In this document: in pieces, positions 25,456 to 38,889 of the stretch
How the letters are laid out: every line of letters begins with the position of its first letter
How positions within the stretch are numbered: position 1 is the first letter of the stretch
Origin: Octopus vulgaris
Lineage: Eukaryota
DNA length: 64,000 nucleotides
NCBI GenBank assembly: GCA_951406725.2
Contig: OX597820.1
Location: 105,896,001 to 105,960,000, forward strand
Direction: 5' to 3'
The notes under the pieces: generated by a model
Database searches by the model: none
What the model was told of the DNA's origin: nothing
The model's input: only the letters and a program-made list of their open reading frames with translations
Program-made: the position numbers and the translations under genes

Positions 25456-26545
25456 TAAATATATATATATTGTGTAATATGTAATATACTTAAGGTTTTG
25501 GCATTAGGAAAGGTGTCCAGCTGTAGAAATCAAACCAAAACAGATGACTGGAGCCTGGTGCAGCTCTCTGACTTACCAGCTCAAGTCAAACTGTCTAACC
25601 CATGCCAGCGTGGAAAATGGACGTTAAATGATGATGATTGTTGTATAATATAATGCATTATATGTTTATAAAATAGTACACACACACACATATGAGGGGG
25701 TACCCTAAAGTAACTGGAAACATTCTCTGTGGGACAAGTCCATTGCAATTCAGATTCTTGCTGCTAGAAGCCACTTGATGTGACCCTCAGGCATCAGTCT
25801 GTGACTGGCATTATCCAGTGGGGTTGTGCTTTGTCTCATGTCTTCCTAGATCTTCCTCTTCCAGAACTTCCCTCCACTTTAAGTCAGATCCTGTCAAACT
25901 ATCCAGTTTATGCCAGCCTAGAAAACAGGTGTTGATGATGATGGTTTTGAAGGTTTCATACAGAAAATACTCATAAACACCCCCATCTTCATATCTTGTT
26001 TACAACTTGTTTACACACTTGTTTCTAAAAAAAAGGCCTAAAAATAAAAGACCTTACCCTACCCTTCACAAGAAATCTGCCACACATTTCTTTGAACCAT
26101 GGTATGCTGAGCAATAAGTGGGAGATTTACTGAGCAAATATTTATTTATTTGTGGTATCTAATTTCGTTTCACTTGCAGAGTAGTTTTATCTTCAATTGT
26201 ACGTGTCTTCCCCACCAATTCCCCTCAATTCACCAATTCCACTAGCCATCACACCCACAACTGCTCTTTCATATCATACATTTACCCATAGTCTCTCTCC
26301 CTTCTTCCCAAGTGGCTGCTTGTTTGATATAGTCAAGAGAAGAAAAAAAAAACATGATAATAATAATGATAAAACTACTATTGGTAATAACAGGAATATC
26401 TACTTATACTGTCAAGTGCAGTGGAAATACTAAGAAATTCACGGACACATTTTCTGCAAGTTTAAGATAAGAATCAGATGTTGGTATCTGGTATGCTGGT
26501 ATCTGATCTGTTACATACAACATATATATATATATATACACACAA

Positions 26546-26596
<51 letters not shown>

Positions 26597-26649
26597 TATA
26601 TATATATATACATATACTCTTTTACTCTTTTACTCATGATGTGTGTCAA

Positions 26650-26950
26650 TTACCCATGGTTGAAATTTCATAAACATCGAAAATTTATGAAATTTCATGG
26701 GGGTTCTGCCCCCTTTAAGCCATCTGAAATTCAAACCAAACATATTGCATTATGCATTGAATCTAAGTTCTAAATATCACAAGGATCCATTCAATAATTT
26801 TGGTCCATGAAATTGAATGAAACACACAGCATTACCCTTCTCCCTAGGCTTGTATTTTGTGTTCCAAATTTCATTAGGATCGGTGCAGCAGTTTTTGAAT
26901 GTATAAGTAATACACAAACACACATAAAGACTTTGACTTTTATATAACAG
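26650..26950 (-). mobile_element. Non-autonomous Helitron/Helentron-like fragment
   Basis: CCAAATTTCATTAGGATCGG...CAAACACACA...TTTTATATA organisation. A similar fragment with (CAGA)n lies at 27620-27795. Confidence 0.4.
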
Positions 26951-27805
26951 ATATGAATATGCACATATACATACATGTGTATATATGTGTGTGTGTATTT
27001 AATATATATATTTATACACACACACACACACAGAAAAATAAATTGATAGATACAACTGAGTGGGCAAACAGAAATATAAGACACTGCCTAGTGCTTTTTT
27101 TTATTTTGATAAGCCTGGTACTTATTCTATCAGTTTCTTCTTGTGAAACCAGTAAGTTATGGGATGTAAATAAACAAACAACAGTTGTGAAGCAGTGATG
27201 AGGGAAAAACACAGAGACAAAGACACACACATACACTTACATATATGCATGATTGTTTTCTTTCAGTTTCTGTCTACGAAATCCACTCACAAGGCTTTCG
27301 TTGGTCTGAGGCTATAGCAGAAGACACATGCCAAGTCACCACACAGTGGGACTGAACCCAGGACCATGTATTTTGAAAACAAGTTTCTTACCACACAGCC
27401 ACACCTGCACCTGTATGTGTGTGTGCGTGTGTGTGTGTGTGTGTGTGGGTGTATATATGTATGCATGTATATATGTTTATATATATGTGTACATATTACA
27501 TGTACATCTATATATATATACATATACACATATACATGTATACATATACATCTATATCTATATATATGTACATCTATACATATTTATAATACTGAAATAG
27601 TGAAGAAGATATGATATTGCTCTGAGCTTGCACTAGGCAAAAAGTAAAAAAAAGTTTTGGCCTATGACACTACATGGACGCTATGTAAGGCATGTGTAAA
27701 ATTTGAATGAAATTGGTTGTATAGTTCTCAAGTTTTAGGGATTCACACAGACAGACATGCAGACAGACAGACATGCATTCTCATCTTTATATATATATAT
27801 ATATA

Positions 27806-28127
27806 TTTCGTTTTTGGATTTGGTTTGCAAGATTCTTTATACGAGTTTGTGTTTTGAAGCATATTCTGTTGTGTCTGGAGAGAGTCATTTTCTTTTTGTG
27901 CCTTATAATTTAACACACTCACCGGTAAAATTTCCTCTTATTTCTTATATTTATTTTCCTAAAGTTTTCATTGCATCTTGCCACCTTTTCTGACTATTGA
28001 AAAGGTTGCAAGATGCAACGAAAATTTTAGGAAAATAAAAATAAGAAAAAAGTGGAAATTTTACCAGTGAGTGTGTTAAATTATAAGGCAAGGCACAAAA
28101 AGAAAATTACTCTCCCTAGACACAACA

Positions 28128-28128
<1 letters not shown>
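27806..28128. mobile_element. Fold-back element with hammerhead-like motif (U3-A8 core), in (TA)n
   Basis: Arms 27866-27990 / 27999-28128. The + strand reads CTA TTGAAAA G GTTGCA AGA TGCAAC GAAA ATTT TAG. A solo copy of the same family lies at 55908-56043 (-). Confidence 0.6.
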
Positions 28129-28189
<61 letters not shown>

Positions 28190-28446
28190 TGTATGTTATC
28201 TGATCTGTTAGTGGATGGAATTGGTAAATACATCGCTTTTACTCTTTTATTTTGTTTCAGTCATTTGACTGTGGCCATGCTGGAGTACTTCCTTTAGTCG
28301 AGTAAATCGACCCCAGGACTTATTCTTTGTAAGCCTAGTACTTATTCTGTCTGTCTCTTTTGCTGAAATGCTAAGTTACAGGGATGTAAACACACCAGCA
28401 TCAGCCATCACGTGATGTTGGGGGACAAACACAGACACACAAACAA

Positions 28447-28482
<36 letters not shown>

Positions 28483-29446
28483 CGGGCTTCTTTCAGTTTC
28501 CATCTACCAAATCCACTCACAGGGCTTTGGTTGGCCTGAGGCTGTAGTAGAAGACATATACCCAAGGTGCCATGCAGTGGGACTGAACCCGGAACCATGT
28601 GGCTGGTAAGCAAGTTACTTACCACACAGCCACTCCTCCACACTTTCATAATATGGTTATGGAATGAAAAAAAATCATGGTTATAAGTTAATGTAATATG
28701 AAAATTATTGCATGAGAACTGGCAAAAATGTTACAACACAGACCTAAATACTTTACAATATTTGCTTTTGTTAAGGCAGCAAGCTGGCAGAAATTGTTAG
28801 CATGCTGGGCAAAATTCTTTGTGGCATTTCATCTGTCTTTATGTTCTAAGTTCAAATTCCGCTTAGGTTGACTTCACCTTTCATCCTTTCAGGGTCAATG
28901 AAATAAGAACTAGTTGAACACTGGGGTCAATGTAATTGACTAAACTATCCTCCAAAATTGCTGGCCTTGTGCCAAAATTTAAAACCAATATTTACTTATG
29001 TTGCTCTGTGTTCTGAATTCAAATTTAACTAGATCAGATTTTATTGATCTGTTGAGCCTTGGGAGCAGAGGAAGCACCTGGGCACCTTATCACCATTACC
29101 TTTGTCTTGCAGCTCCTTCTAAAAATTTTCTCTTTCTCTCCTCACTATTTACCTGACAAGATGTGAGTAACCATGGAGATCCCACTGCAGGAACTTGTTC
29201 TGCCGCTCCATTTCTTATAGTAATCCTCTTGATCCCTAGCATGAATCTGACTGCCCCACCTCCACAATGCATAGTAGCCTCAATGGTAATGATTTATGGT
29301 GATGATGATGATGATGATGATAATGATGATGATGATGATGAAATCCCTTGTGAATTCATAGATTTTTACTGATATGAGAAATTAATAAATATATAAAAAA
29401 TAAAATTTTTTCTTTAATTAGTTACGAAAAACATAAAAAACATATA

Positions 29447-29957
29447 CCGTAAATCCTTGAGTATAATCCGCATTTTTTCCCCAAAATTTAATGGTCATAA
29501 TCCCTAGTGCGTACTATATTCAAGGTTAAAAAGGAAAATTATTTTCTAAGCAATGTCTGTGTCTCTATTTGCTGTCCGGTAATGTTTATTCAGACGCATT
29601 TTGTGATGTTGGGGGGTGAAAATACCTTAAGCTAAGCCCGAAAGCAATGAAGGCATAAAAGAATCATCCATAACTTGCAGTAAGCAACATTTATTAAACG
29701 TTACTACTGTTATTTCTTTATTTTCTGCAAACAAAATGCACAAAAAAGCTACATGTTTACATTATGTTATATATACAATAATAATAAAGGATGTTACTGT
29801 ATACATTTTTACAAACCAAGGACGTTATATAGACCTCCTTGACTCAAATTAGAGATGGGGTGCATATTATACACAAGATTTAGGGTTTCAGAGGTAGAGC
29901 CCCTAAAAATCCCCTGCATATTATACTCAAGGGCGGACTATACTCGAGGATTTACAA
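29447..29957. mobile_element. Tc2/pogo-type MITE
   Basis: TA|CCGTAAATCCTTGAGTATAATCCG ... CGGACTATACTCGAGGATTTACAA|TA terminal inverted repeats with TA TSD. Confidence 0.75.
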
Positions 29958-30886
29958 TATATGAAAGTTGTGGAGTAGTAGAAAGGGCACTTCCATATTA
30001 TATGTTCATTAATCCTCTGGCAGCCCCCTCCTTATTGGATGGTAAAGATCTTGTGAATTGACCTTCACATCCTCACATACTTTTAGTTTTATGTATTCAC
30101 AAGAGTTTCATAGTCAGTTTCATTTTCACATTGTACTTGATGCCAACATTTTGCAGTAACCTTACCATTAATAGATCTCCAGTAGTATTGAGCTATTTTG
30201 GTGGAATTTAAACTTGGAATGCAAAAAACCAGAACAATTTCTGCAAAGTATCTTGCTTAATGTGCTTACATTTCTGACAATTCACTATTCAGCTGCTGTA
30301 TATATTAACCCTGAAAGGATGAAGGACAAAGTTGACCTCAGTGGGATTTGATCTCAGAATTCAAAGAGGTGAAAAACAGTTTCTTCAAGGCACTTTTTCC
30401 TATACTCTTATGATTGTGTCACCTTAACCCTATAGTATTTAAAATGGCCTATCAAACCCAAATATTCTACCTGTTTGTATTCAAACTGGCTAGAGCTGAC
30501 CTCTTATACCTACCTATCAATGTCATTTTAACAATAGATAATCACAACATGGAAATTTCAATGCCATAAGATAATACATGATTAATTCAAAAACAATGTG
30601 AATAAGTAAGCATTACATTTGACTAGAATTTGAATGCTAGGCAACTTGGCCTTTATGTATATTTTATTGAGCTTGAAGGAAAGTAATTAATTATTCTTCA
30701 ACTGACTGTACATCTCTCCTACATTTTTACAGCACCATGCCAATATTAGAAGTGAATAATAATAATAACAACAATAATAAAGGTTTCCAATTTTGGCACA
30801 AGGTTTGCAATTTTGAGAGGTTAAAAAGTCAATTACATTGACACCTGTACTTGAATGGTAACTTCAAAAGGATGAAAGGCAAAGTT

Positions 30887-31174
30887 GAAGAAGAAGAAGA
30901 AGAAGAAGAAGAAGAAGAAGAAGAAGAAGAAGAAGAAGAAGAAGAAGAAGAAGAAGAAGAAGAAGAAGAAGAAGAAGAAGAAGAAGAAGAAGAAGAAGAA
31001 GAAGAAGAAGAAGAAGAAGAAGAAGAAGAAGAAGAAGAAGAAGAAGAAGAAGAAGAAGAAGAAGAAGAAGAAGAAGAAGAAGAAGAAGAAGAAGAAGAAG
31101 AAGAAGAAGAAGAAGAAGAAGAAGAAGAAGAAGAAGAAGAAGAAGAAGAAGAAGAAGAAGAAGAAGAAGAAGAA
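30887..31174. repeat. Pure (GAA)96 trinucleotide tract
   Basis: Uninterrupted GAA (96 E in ORF 30851-31183) between two SINE B fragments. Confidence 0.97.
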
Positions 31175-34080
31175 ATGTGCTAATAGAAATTGAAGGTGGA
31201 GAGCTGGCAGAAACGTTAGCATGCCGGGTGAAATACTTAGCGGTATTTCGTCTGCCATTACATTCTGAGTTCAAATTCCGCCGAGGTAAACTTTGCCTTT
31301 CATCCTTTCGAGGTCGATAAATTAAGTACCAGTTACACACTGGGGTTGATGTAATCGACTTAATCTTCTTGTCTGTCCTTGTTTGTCCCCTCTATGTTTA
31401 GCCCCTTGTGGGCAATAAAGAAATAAGAAATGGTAATAAAACAAACTACAGGTCCTAGAAATACTTAGTTTTATCTCTCTATGTTTTAAACTCATAACCT
31501 GTTTTATTGGCTTTCTTTTCATAATTTCTGGGTAATATATATATAAATAAATAAAGTGTACCTGCAAACAAGATATAAAAAAGGGTATTTGTTTCTGCAA
31601 ACAGGATATATAAAAATAGAATGATCTACTCATTGACTTAGAATGTCAGTGGTTGAGTATTCCGTACACATGTACCCTTAACCTAAATCTCAATGAGAAT
31701 CATTATGCCAGTGTATGCAACAAAGCTAACCCTTTGGACTACAGGTACAATCCATCCATTGATCTCGCAAGTGTATTCTATCTATGCAGTATCACTCACC
31801 TGAAGGCTAGGTAAAGACAATACTTTGCCATGATACCATGCAGTGGGATCAAACTTAGAACTGCATGATTGCAAAAGGAACTTAAAAATTTGGCTATGTT
31901 CATCTGGGTAACATGCTTGTTTGGTTAGACAACTATATTCCTCAACTGGCTTTGTGTCAGAATAAAAAAATATAAAAAGACAATATTTTTTTACTTTTTG
32001 GTAAAGCTTGTAGTTTAAACAGATATCCCTCAGTCACTTGGGATTGAACCCCTTATGATGCTTCTGAATCTTCAACATGATAAGCATCTCACGTCAGTAG
32101 TTTTGCTAATGTTTTTGTTGTTAAACTCTGATTAGGAATTCTATCTGACACTCTTCTGCCTCTCCACTCTTAAACTATATGCCTTTTCCATATTTAGTCC
32201 TGTTTTTTTTTACATCAGGTCATCTCTGATTAGGTAGACCTATGATCAAAAGCATTCCGTTGTGACCATCCCATCTTTTATTTTGGCAGTATGTAATCTA
32301 ATACTACATTACCAAATGTAATCTTGGTTATCACTTTCTTTAGCGTTTTTGATACCAACATACCTGAATCAACACTTAGTTCTGTGATGTAAACTTACTG
32401 TTTTTAGGTTGTCTCAAAACTTCATCAAAATTCATGTTAAATTATGTTCCAAACACCAGCTTGATAAAGATAGGTCTATTTTACTAAATTCTTCATTATT
32501 TTCAAAATTAATTGAAACAATGACAATGTATTTCAACAGAAATATGATAGCAAAAGGGTTAAAGTGATCTGAATTAAAACCTTCCATCAAAATTTCATAT
32601 TAATTTATGTCACAAACACCAACTTAAAGACAAAGTTATTTTACTAAATTCTTCATTATTTTCAAAATTAATTCAAAGATGCTGTATTTCAACAGAAATA
32701 TGATTATGAAAGGTTTAGACAATAAGGTGAGATTCAAAAGAAACATGGGTGCTATATCTAACAAAGTTTGCAACATCAAGGGGCTCCCTTATTGTCTAAA
32801 GTAGATCCCTTGTCATTTAGTTAGGGTTCTGTTCTTGTTTATTCTATGTTTATTGTGGTAGTTATCCTAAAGATATGGACCTGTGTTCCCTGGTTATGAC
32901 AACCATACAGACTTACCTGTTGGTTCTTTCACAGCTAATAGTGGAGCCACTACACCAATCAGGGGCAAACTGTGGCCTATGAGACTTCCTGAATGGCACA
33001 CCTAATGAAAAATTACTTTCAATTTTTTAGTAGTGCTGCCCACCTGATCATGAGCCGTGACTCAATACAATCTGTTTCTTGAAAAAGGTTGCCCACACCT
33101 GCACTACACAATAACTCTATCTGCCAGAAATAGTAGTCAAGCCTCCTACTCCAAGTCATATACTAGTAAAGGACATACTGGATCATGTAGATATATTGTT
33201 GTTTTTAGTTGTTGTTATTGTAAAAGACTTGTTCTGTCAGGCCATTTAACCACTGGCTCAATGGGTCCTTCTGATTAGGAAAGGACTAGCTTTTTAGTTA
33301 TCTATTTTTTTATAATGTTATTTATTACTCGAGAAGACCTGATCACCACAGCAGAATTGATATCCTAAAACCAAAGTGTCACATAAAAAGCATTGGTATG
33401 GGTGCTGGTGCCATGTAAAAAGCACCGGTGATGGTGTCACATAAAAAGCACCCTGTACACTCTGTAAAGTAGTTGGCATTAGGAAGGGCATCCAGCTGTA
33501 GAAACCATGCCAAACACAGACTATGGAACCTGATGTGGTCCCTGGCCTTACCAGCTCCTACCAAGCCATCCAAGTCATGCCAGCATGGAAAACAGATATT
33601 AAATGTTGAGGATGATGGATGTGGTATTGTGGTCTCTGATTGAGCAGTCCTATAATCAAACACATCTCATCCATGACTATCCTTCTTTTTTCCATTTTTT
33701 TTCAGGTTTAGTGTAATCCAGTTACATTATCCAATGTGTTTTTCTTTTTTCTTTTCTTTAAAGACAGCAGGGAGTGATTCAAGGAGGATTTTGCTGCTAT
33801 TTCTAGGAGTTCGTGTAACTACATTGAGGATCTCTTGTTCTTGATAATGTTGTTGTTATTGCCAGTGCCCTGTACTCTTGTAGAGGATGTAAACTCACTT
33901 TAAGCAAAATCCATGAAGTAGTTTTGTTTCTTTGGTTAAAACCAATTTATTTCACTTCTCTTCACTACTATTATTTTGGGGGAATAGCATGAATGGCTCA
34001 TGTTCCTGTTTTCATCTTCTGTAATATTGCAAAACTTAACTGTCATATGTAGTCAGAAGGAATGGATGTTTTATTTAGCT

Positions 34081-34309
34081 TTGACCCTTTTCTTACAATA
34101 TTTCTGTTGAAATATACTGCCTTTATTTCAATTCATTTTGACAGTATTGAAGAATTTAGTAAAATAATTTTGAAGTTAATCTGGTGTTTAGAACATAATT
34201 TAATATGGAATTTTGATGGAAAGCTTTAATTGAGATCCCTTTAAAACATTGTAGTTTATATCAGAAAATCCAGGGCAGTTTCAGGTAGGTTGGATTTAAA
34301 AGGATTAAA
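34081..34309. mobile_element. piggyBac-like MITE family 2
   Basis: Degenerate TTAA-CCCTTT...AAAGG-TTAA termini. Related pieces at 32340-32720, 48880-49060 and 50170-50280. Confidence 0.45.
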
Positions 34310-37300
34310 TCTGAGGAAAAGATATGTTTTTGGATAGCCAGCTCCTGAATCATGCATTTGAATCCATTACAAGTGATCCTTTGCATTAATGAATAGAACA
34401 CCAAGTTCTATATACCATATTTTTACTTGGAGATGAGGTAGCAGATCTGAGAATGTTGCTTCTTTCAATTGATTGATTCAATTCACATCTTCCATTTAAT
34501 ACTACTGATCCTGGAATTTAACTTCATAAGTTATAAGTTTATAATTTATAAAGTTTATAAGTTCTTATTGCTGTTAATAGACATGTTACATATATTATTT
34601 ATATTTATTCATATTAGTGTTAACTATTTCTAATAATTTCTTTTATATCTACAATGCATTATAGAAATATAAATGAAGAAAGCAGTGAGCTGGCAGAATT
34701 GTTAGAGCTTCAGATAAAATAATACTGAGGTCACCTTTCATCCTTTCAGGGTCAGTAAAATAGTGTACCAATCAAGTACTAGGAACCAGTATAAGAATAT
34801 AAATCAGGATAAAGACAAAGTTAACTTTGGCAGGATTTGAACTCAGAACATTAAAGACTGTGATCAAGTAGTGCTAGATACTTTGCCCAACAATCCAACG
34901 GCTCTACTGTATTTGTTTTTATTATGAATCGTCAGTGGTATGGTGCTCAGTGGTTGTGAGGTGGTGAAAGTGTGTCACTATCTGCAAGAGCTTAGCTCAA
35001 GTCTCATTACAACTAATAGATATTATTGTTGTTGCTATGATTAAGGCAGTTGAGTAACAGATGCAATTCATTATTGAATTAAATACCCTTCTTCCACACT
35101 TTGTGATCAAATATTACGAAACTCCTCAGGTTTGATCAAATAACTATTTTCAAAGTCTTTTCTGAAGCAAATGTCACCTTTTTTTTTAGAGGGGAATAGA
35201 AAAGATAAAGTTAACTCCTGAACAAAATGAAATTCAAAAAATGAACTTATTTTCTGTAATCTGATGTTTCAACATCAACCAGTTGATTTATGATTTTTCC
35301 TGTCATATAGATCCATTTCATTGAAATTGTTGCAAAATCACCACCAAGTTTTGAACTGTAGCTCTCAGATTTCCCCAGGCCAGAACCATGACCTAATGTA
35401 TCTCCATAAAAGGAAATGTATTGCTGTAAAAGGTATTAATATTTACATGAATATGGCTTGACCAATGAGTAATTGCTGATTTATTAAAGTTGTGGCAAAC
35501 TTCAAAGGAAGTGTTCAAGTTTTCCTGCCAAACAGTTTTGCTGGTAATTCTAAGAAAAGTGGCCTAGAGCTATAAAAATGCTGGCAAATTCAGCCTCAGA
35601 CCAAAGAGCTGTGAAGTGATCTAGGGGAATTTCTGTGTCTCGTTGGAGTAAGTTGGTCCTTCTACTCCCAGCTTTCACTTTTCTTATATAACATGCTTAT
35701 GTTGTACTCAACAAAAGGCAACTTAACTTGTAGTGTCTAGTAACACATTAACACATCAATTATATTCTGTGGTTTAAATTCCTTGCAACTATTTTCATAA
35801 TATTATCTTGAAAATTATATTACAGAAAATACCCAACCATTGTGTTCATTGAATATTCTTCCATTAATTTAATGGATGTGCCTTTGTAAATATAATGATC
35901 CAATTAAATAATTGAAAACTCAAACTTCAGTGTGGTTGTTGATTTCACACACAATCTACCTAACATTGTGAATAACCAACAAAAAATATATGACTAACCG
36001 CTGCACTAAAACAATAATCTGTTCATTCAAATCTCATTTGTTTATTTGTTTGTTTGTTTTTGTTTTGTTTTTGCACTCTCTTTGTGATATTCATTACATC
36101 ATCACTCATTGAATAAATATTTTGTGAACTGGATTCAAAGCATATCCTCTTGTGATAATTCATGCAAACATTGTTTCTATGTATTTATAAAGTGGAATTA
36201 ATTTCATGTTCTGTTTTGTTCTTATTTATTTTTAGCTTATATTTACAAATAACTGTGGTCACTTTATATAGACCTGCTTTTTCCAGAAGGGTGAAGGGTA
36301 ATTTTATATGATTCATTTTGTATAACCTCATTGCTATTTCCTATCTGGAAGAGCATAGCATAGCTAACGTCTGCACAATACTTTTCTCCCCATGTTGTTT
36401 CCTTTTCACACAATACCATATTCTACATTGTGTGTGTGTGTGTGATCACCATCATCATCATTTAATGTCTGTTTTCCATGCTGGTATGGGTTGGGTAGTT
36501 TGACAATAGCACTATTATTTTTATCAACGTCCTCACCACCAGTGCTAGCACCAGAATCATTGCTAATATCATCACCACCATCACTATGCTCTAACACTGC
36601 TGTCATTAACCCTAACCCTACACCACCCCCACTTCTTTCTACTTCTCTGCTATAGTTTGGATAGTTTCAGTGAGCTGCAGGGCTGCATTGTGCTCCATAT
36701 CAGCTTTGCCATGGTTTCTACAACTCAATGCTCTTCCTAATGCCAACCACTTTATAGTGTGCATTGAATGCTTTCTCATGCCACTGGTACTAGTGGGGTT
36801 GCCAAGTAACTTGTAAGACAAGAAAAAATAAGAAAAGGGAAAAAAAGCTCCCCATGACTAAGTGAGGTGGGGGGAATATTTGAGAGCAAGGAGAGGTGGC
36901 TTTATGCCAGGGACAAGCAGAGGTGTCTTGCTGTCAAGAAGAGATACCATAAGTTATGTTAAAACTTATTTTAAATAAAGTAAGCTAATTAAGCTATTGG
37001 GTTCATACCTGAAAAATAGATTTTGTGTTATATCTTTATTATATATTTTAATTTGACTTTGGTTTGATTTTAATTGTTGTAATTTTATACACGTTAGGTT
37101 TTTTGTTATATATATCATCAATGATTTATTGATGTTTATTATATAAGGGTGGTAGTAGCTTATGAGGATGAGTTGGTAGTGATGTGGTGCCAGAGAAACC
37201 CTCAAGGAGCAAGAGATGATACAGACAGTAGCTATTTGGGGAGGGAGAGGGGCAGTATAATAGTATGAAAGGGGGTAGCAGATGGTTAACGATTGGGATA

Positions 37301-37651
37301 GTGGTGAATGTAGTGAGTGCTGAACAGGAATGGTAAGTGTGGCTTGATGGGAAATATCAGTTTGGGCAGTGTGGTAAGGTTAGAGAGGTAGAAGATGCTC
37401 AGAGATGACAGATCAGGAAGTAGGGAATGATAAGTAAGGTATAGGGGCAGTGGAAAGGGAGATGTAGAGCAACACAAGGGTAGCTACAGTAAGTGGGCAT
37501 GATGACGGCACAAAAGGGCTGGGCATGATAGCAGATATGAGAGATGTTAGGATGACGTATTGCAGAAGAAAGAAGGAGATAATAACTGGGAAGAAATAAT
37601 AGTGTGGGAAGGGATGAGAATGAAGGATGGAAGTGATGAGGAAGGCAATAA

Positions 37652-37687
<36 letters not shown>

Positions 37688-38360
37688 CAAAGAACCTCCT
37701 CAGAACTTGACACCAATATCTTAGCATTATCTAAGTTTAACAAGATTATCTATGAAGGAAAACAACCAAAACCAATGTAAGTAATCAGCACAAACCATGA
37801 ATGAAGGATAACTCAGAATAACGAGACTAAGATATAAAAATTCACAAACAAGCATAATATATGTGTATTCCCATCATCAGCTGCCAAATGGATATCACTA
37901 TGATTTTGACACCTGGGCAGTACCATTCAGTTTGGTGGTGTTAACAGTGTTAAAAACATGAACATTGCTTGGGAATCAATTGTAATCAGTAGGAGCAAAG
38001 CATTAGCATAGTATGTCTGCTACACTAGCATCTGCTTGTTACTACAAGTAACAACATCAAAGTAAGCTATTAGTATTAACTTATAGTTTGAAAACAGTAC
38101 CTACGCAACAAAGAACTTACACTGAAATAAGACATTGTAATCCTAAAAGTTATAATACAAAGGAACAAGTGAACTAAGCATCTTAAGGAGGCGGGTGGAA
38201 TATTCTGCCTTCCATACTTGACATGATAACACCAACCCAAGGAACAAGAAACCATTATAATCATTAGTTAATTGTCCATAAATCAGAGAAGAAGCACACT
38301 TAATATAAATAACAGAACTGATATATTTTTAAACTTCGAGTAATATATTACTTATTATGA

Positions 38361-38672
38361 TATATAGCTGGTCAGAATGTTACTGTCAATTTCATAACAA
38401 CTAATATCCCTAGGCAACATTGACAACTTTTCAGACTTAGCAGCAAGAAGTATATAGCTTCTTTTATGCATAAAAGTGGTTATGCATTTCCAGCCATGTT
38501 TGAAGAGTCATCGATATTGCCTTGGTGCAATAGTTGTCATGAAATTGACTGTAACATCCTGACCAGCTATATACCATAACAAGTAATATATTATTTGATA
38601 ATATTTTATAATATATCAGCTCCATTATATTGAGTGTGCTTCTTCTCTGACTTATGGACAACTAACTGATAT
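38361..38672. mobile_element. Fold-back element with two complementary-damaged hammerheads (Penelope-like)
   Basis: Arms 38361-38436 / 38497-38573. The + arm reads ATGT TTGAAGA ..TATTGC/GCAATA.. GAAA TTGACTG TA ACAT; the - arm reads CTGAAAA...GAAA TTG A CAG TA ACAT. A one-sided tail leads into (TA)n. Confidence 0.6.
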
Positions 38673-38843
38673 CATATATATATATATATATATATAATAG
38701 CTGTAAATAATATATATCATAATGATATCTATTCTCTGATTTGAAGTGACAATTTTTAAATATAAACAAATGACTGGAAAATGATGAGCTAACCTCAGGC
38801 AGAATCGAACTCACAAATCAACGCTTTCAGGTTTGTTTATAAA

Positions 38844-38883
<40 letters not shown>

Positions 38884-38889
38884 AATCCA

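Noticed and set aside
30833-31340. Poly-E/K/F/L ORFs
   Set aside because: Frames of the (GAA)n tract.
36236-36297. Possible small exon (polypyrimidine-TAG ... GG|GTAATT)
   Set aside because: No PDZ or other recognisable coding content, and such sites arise by chance in AT-rich DNA; needs RNA-seq.
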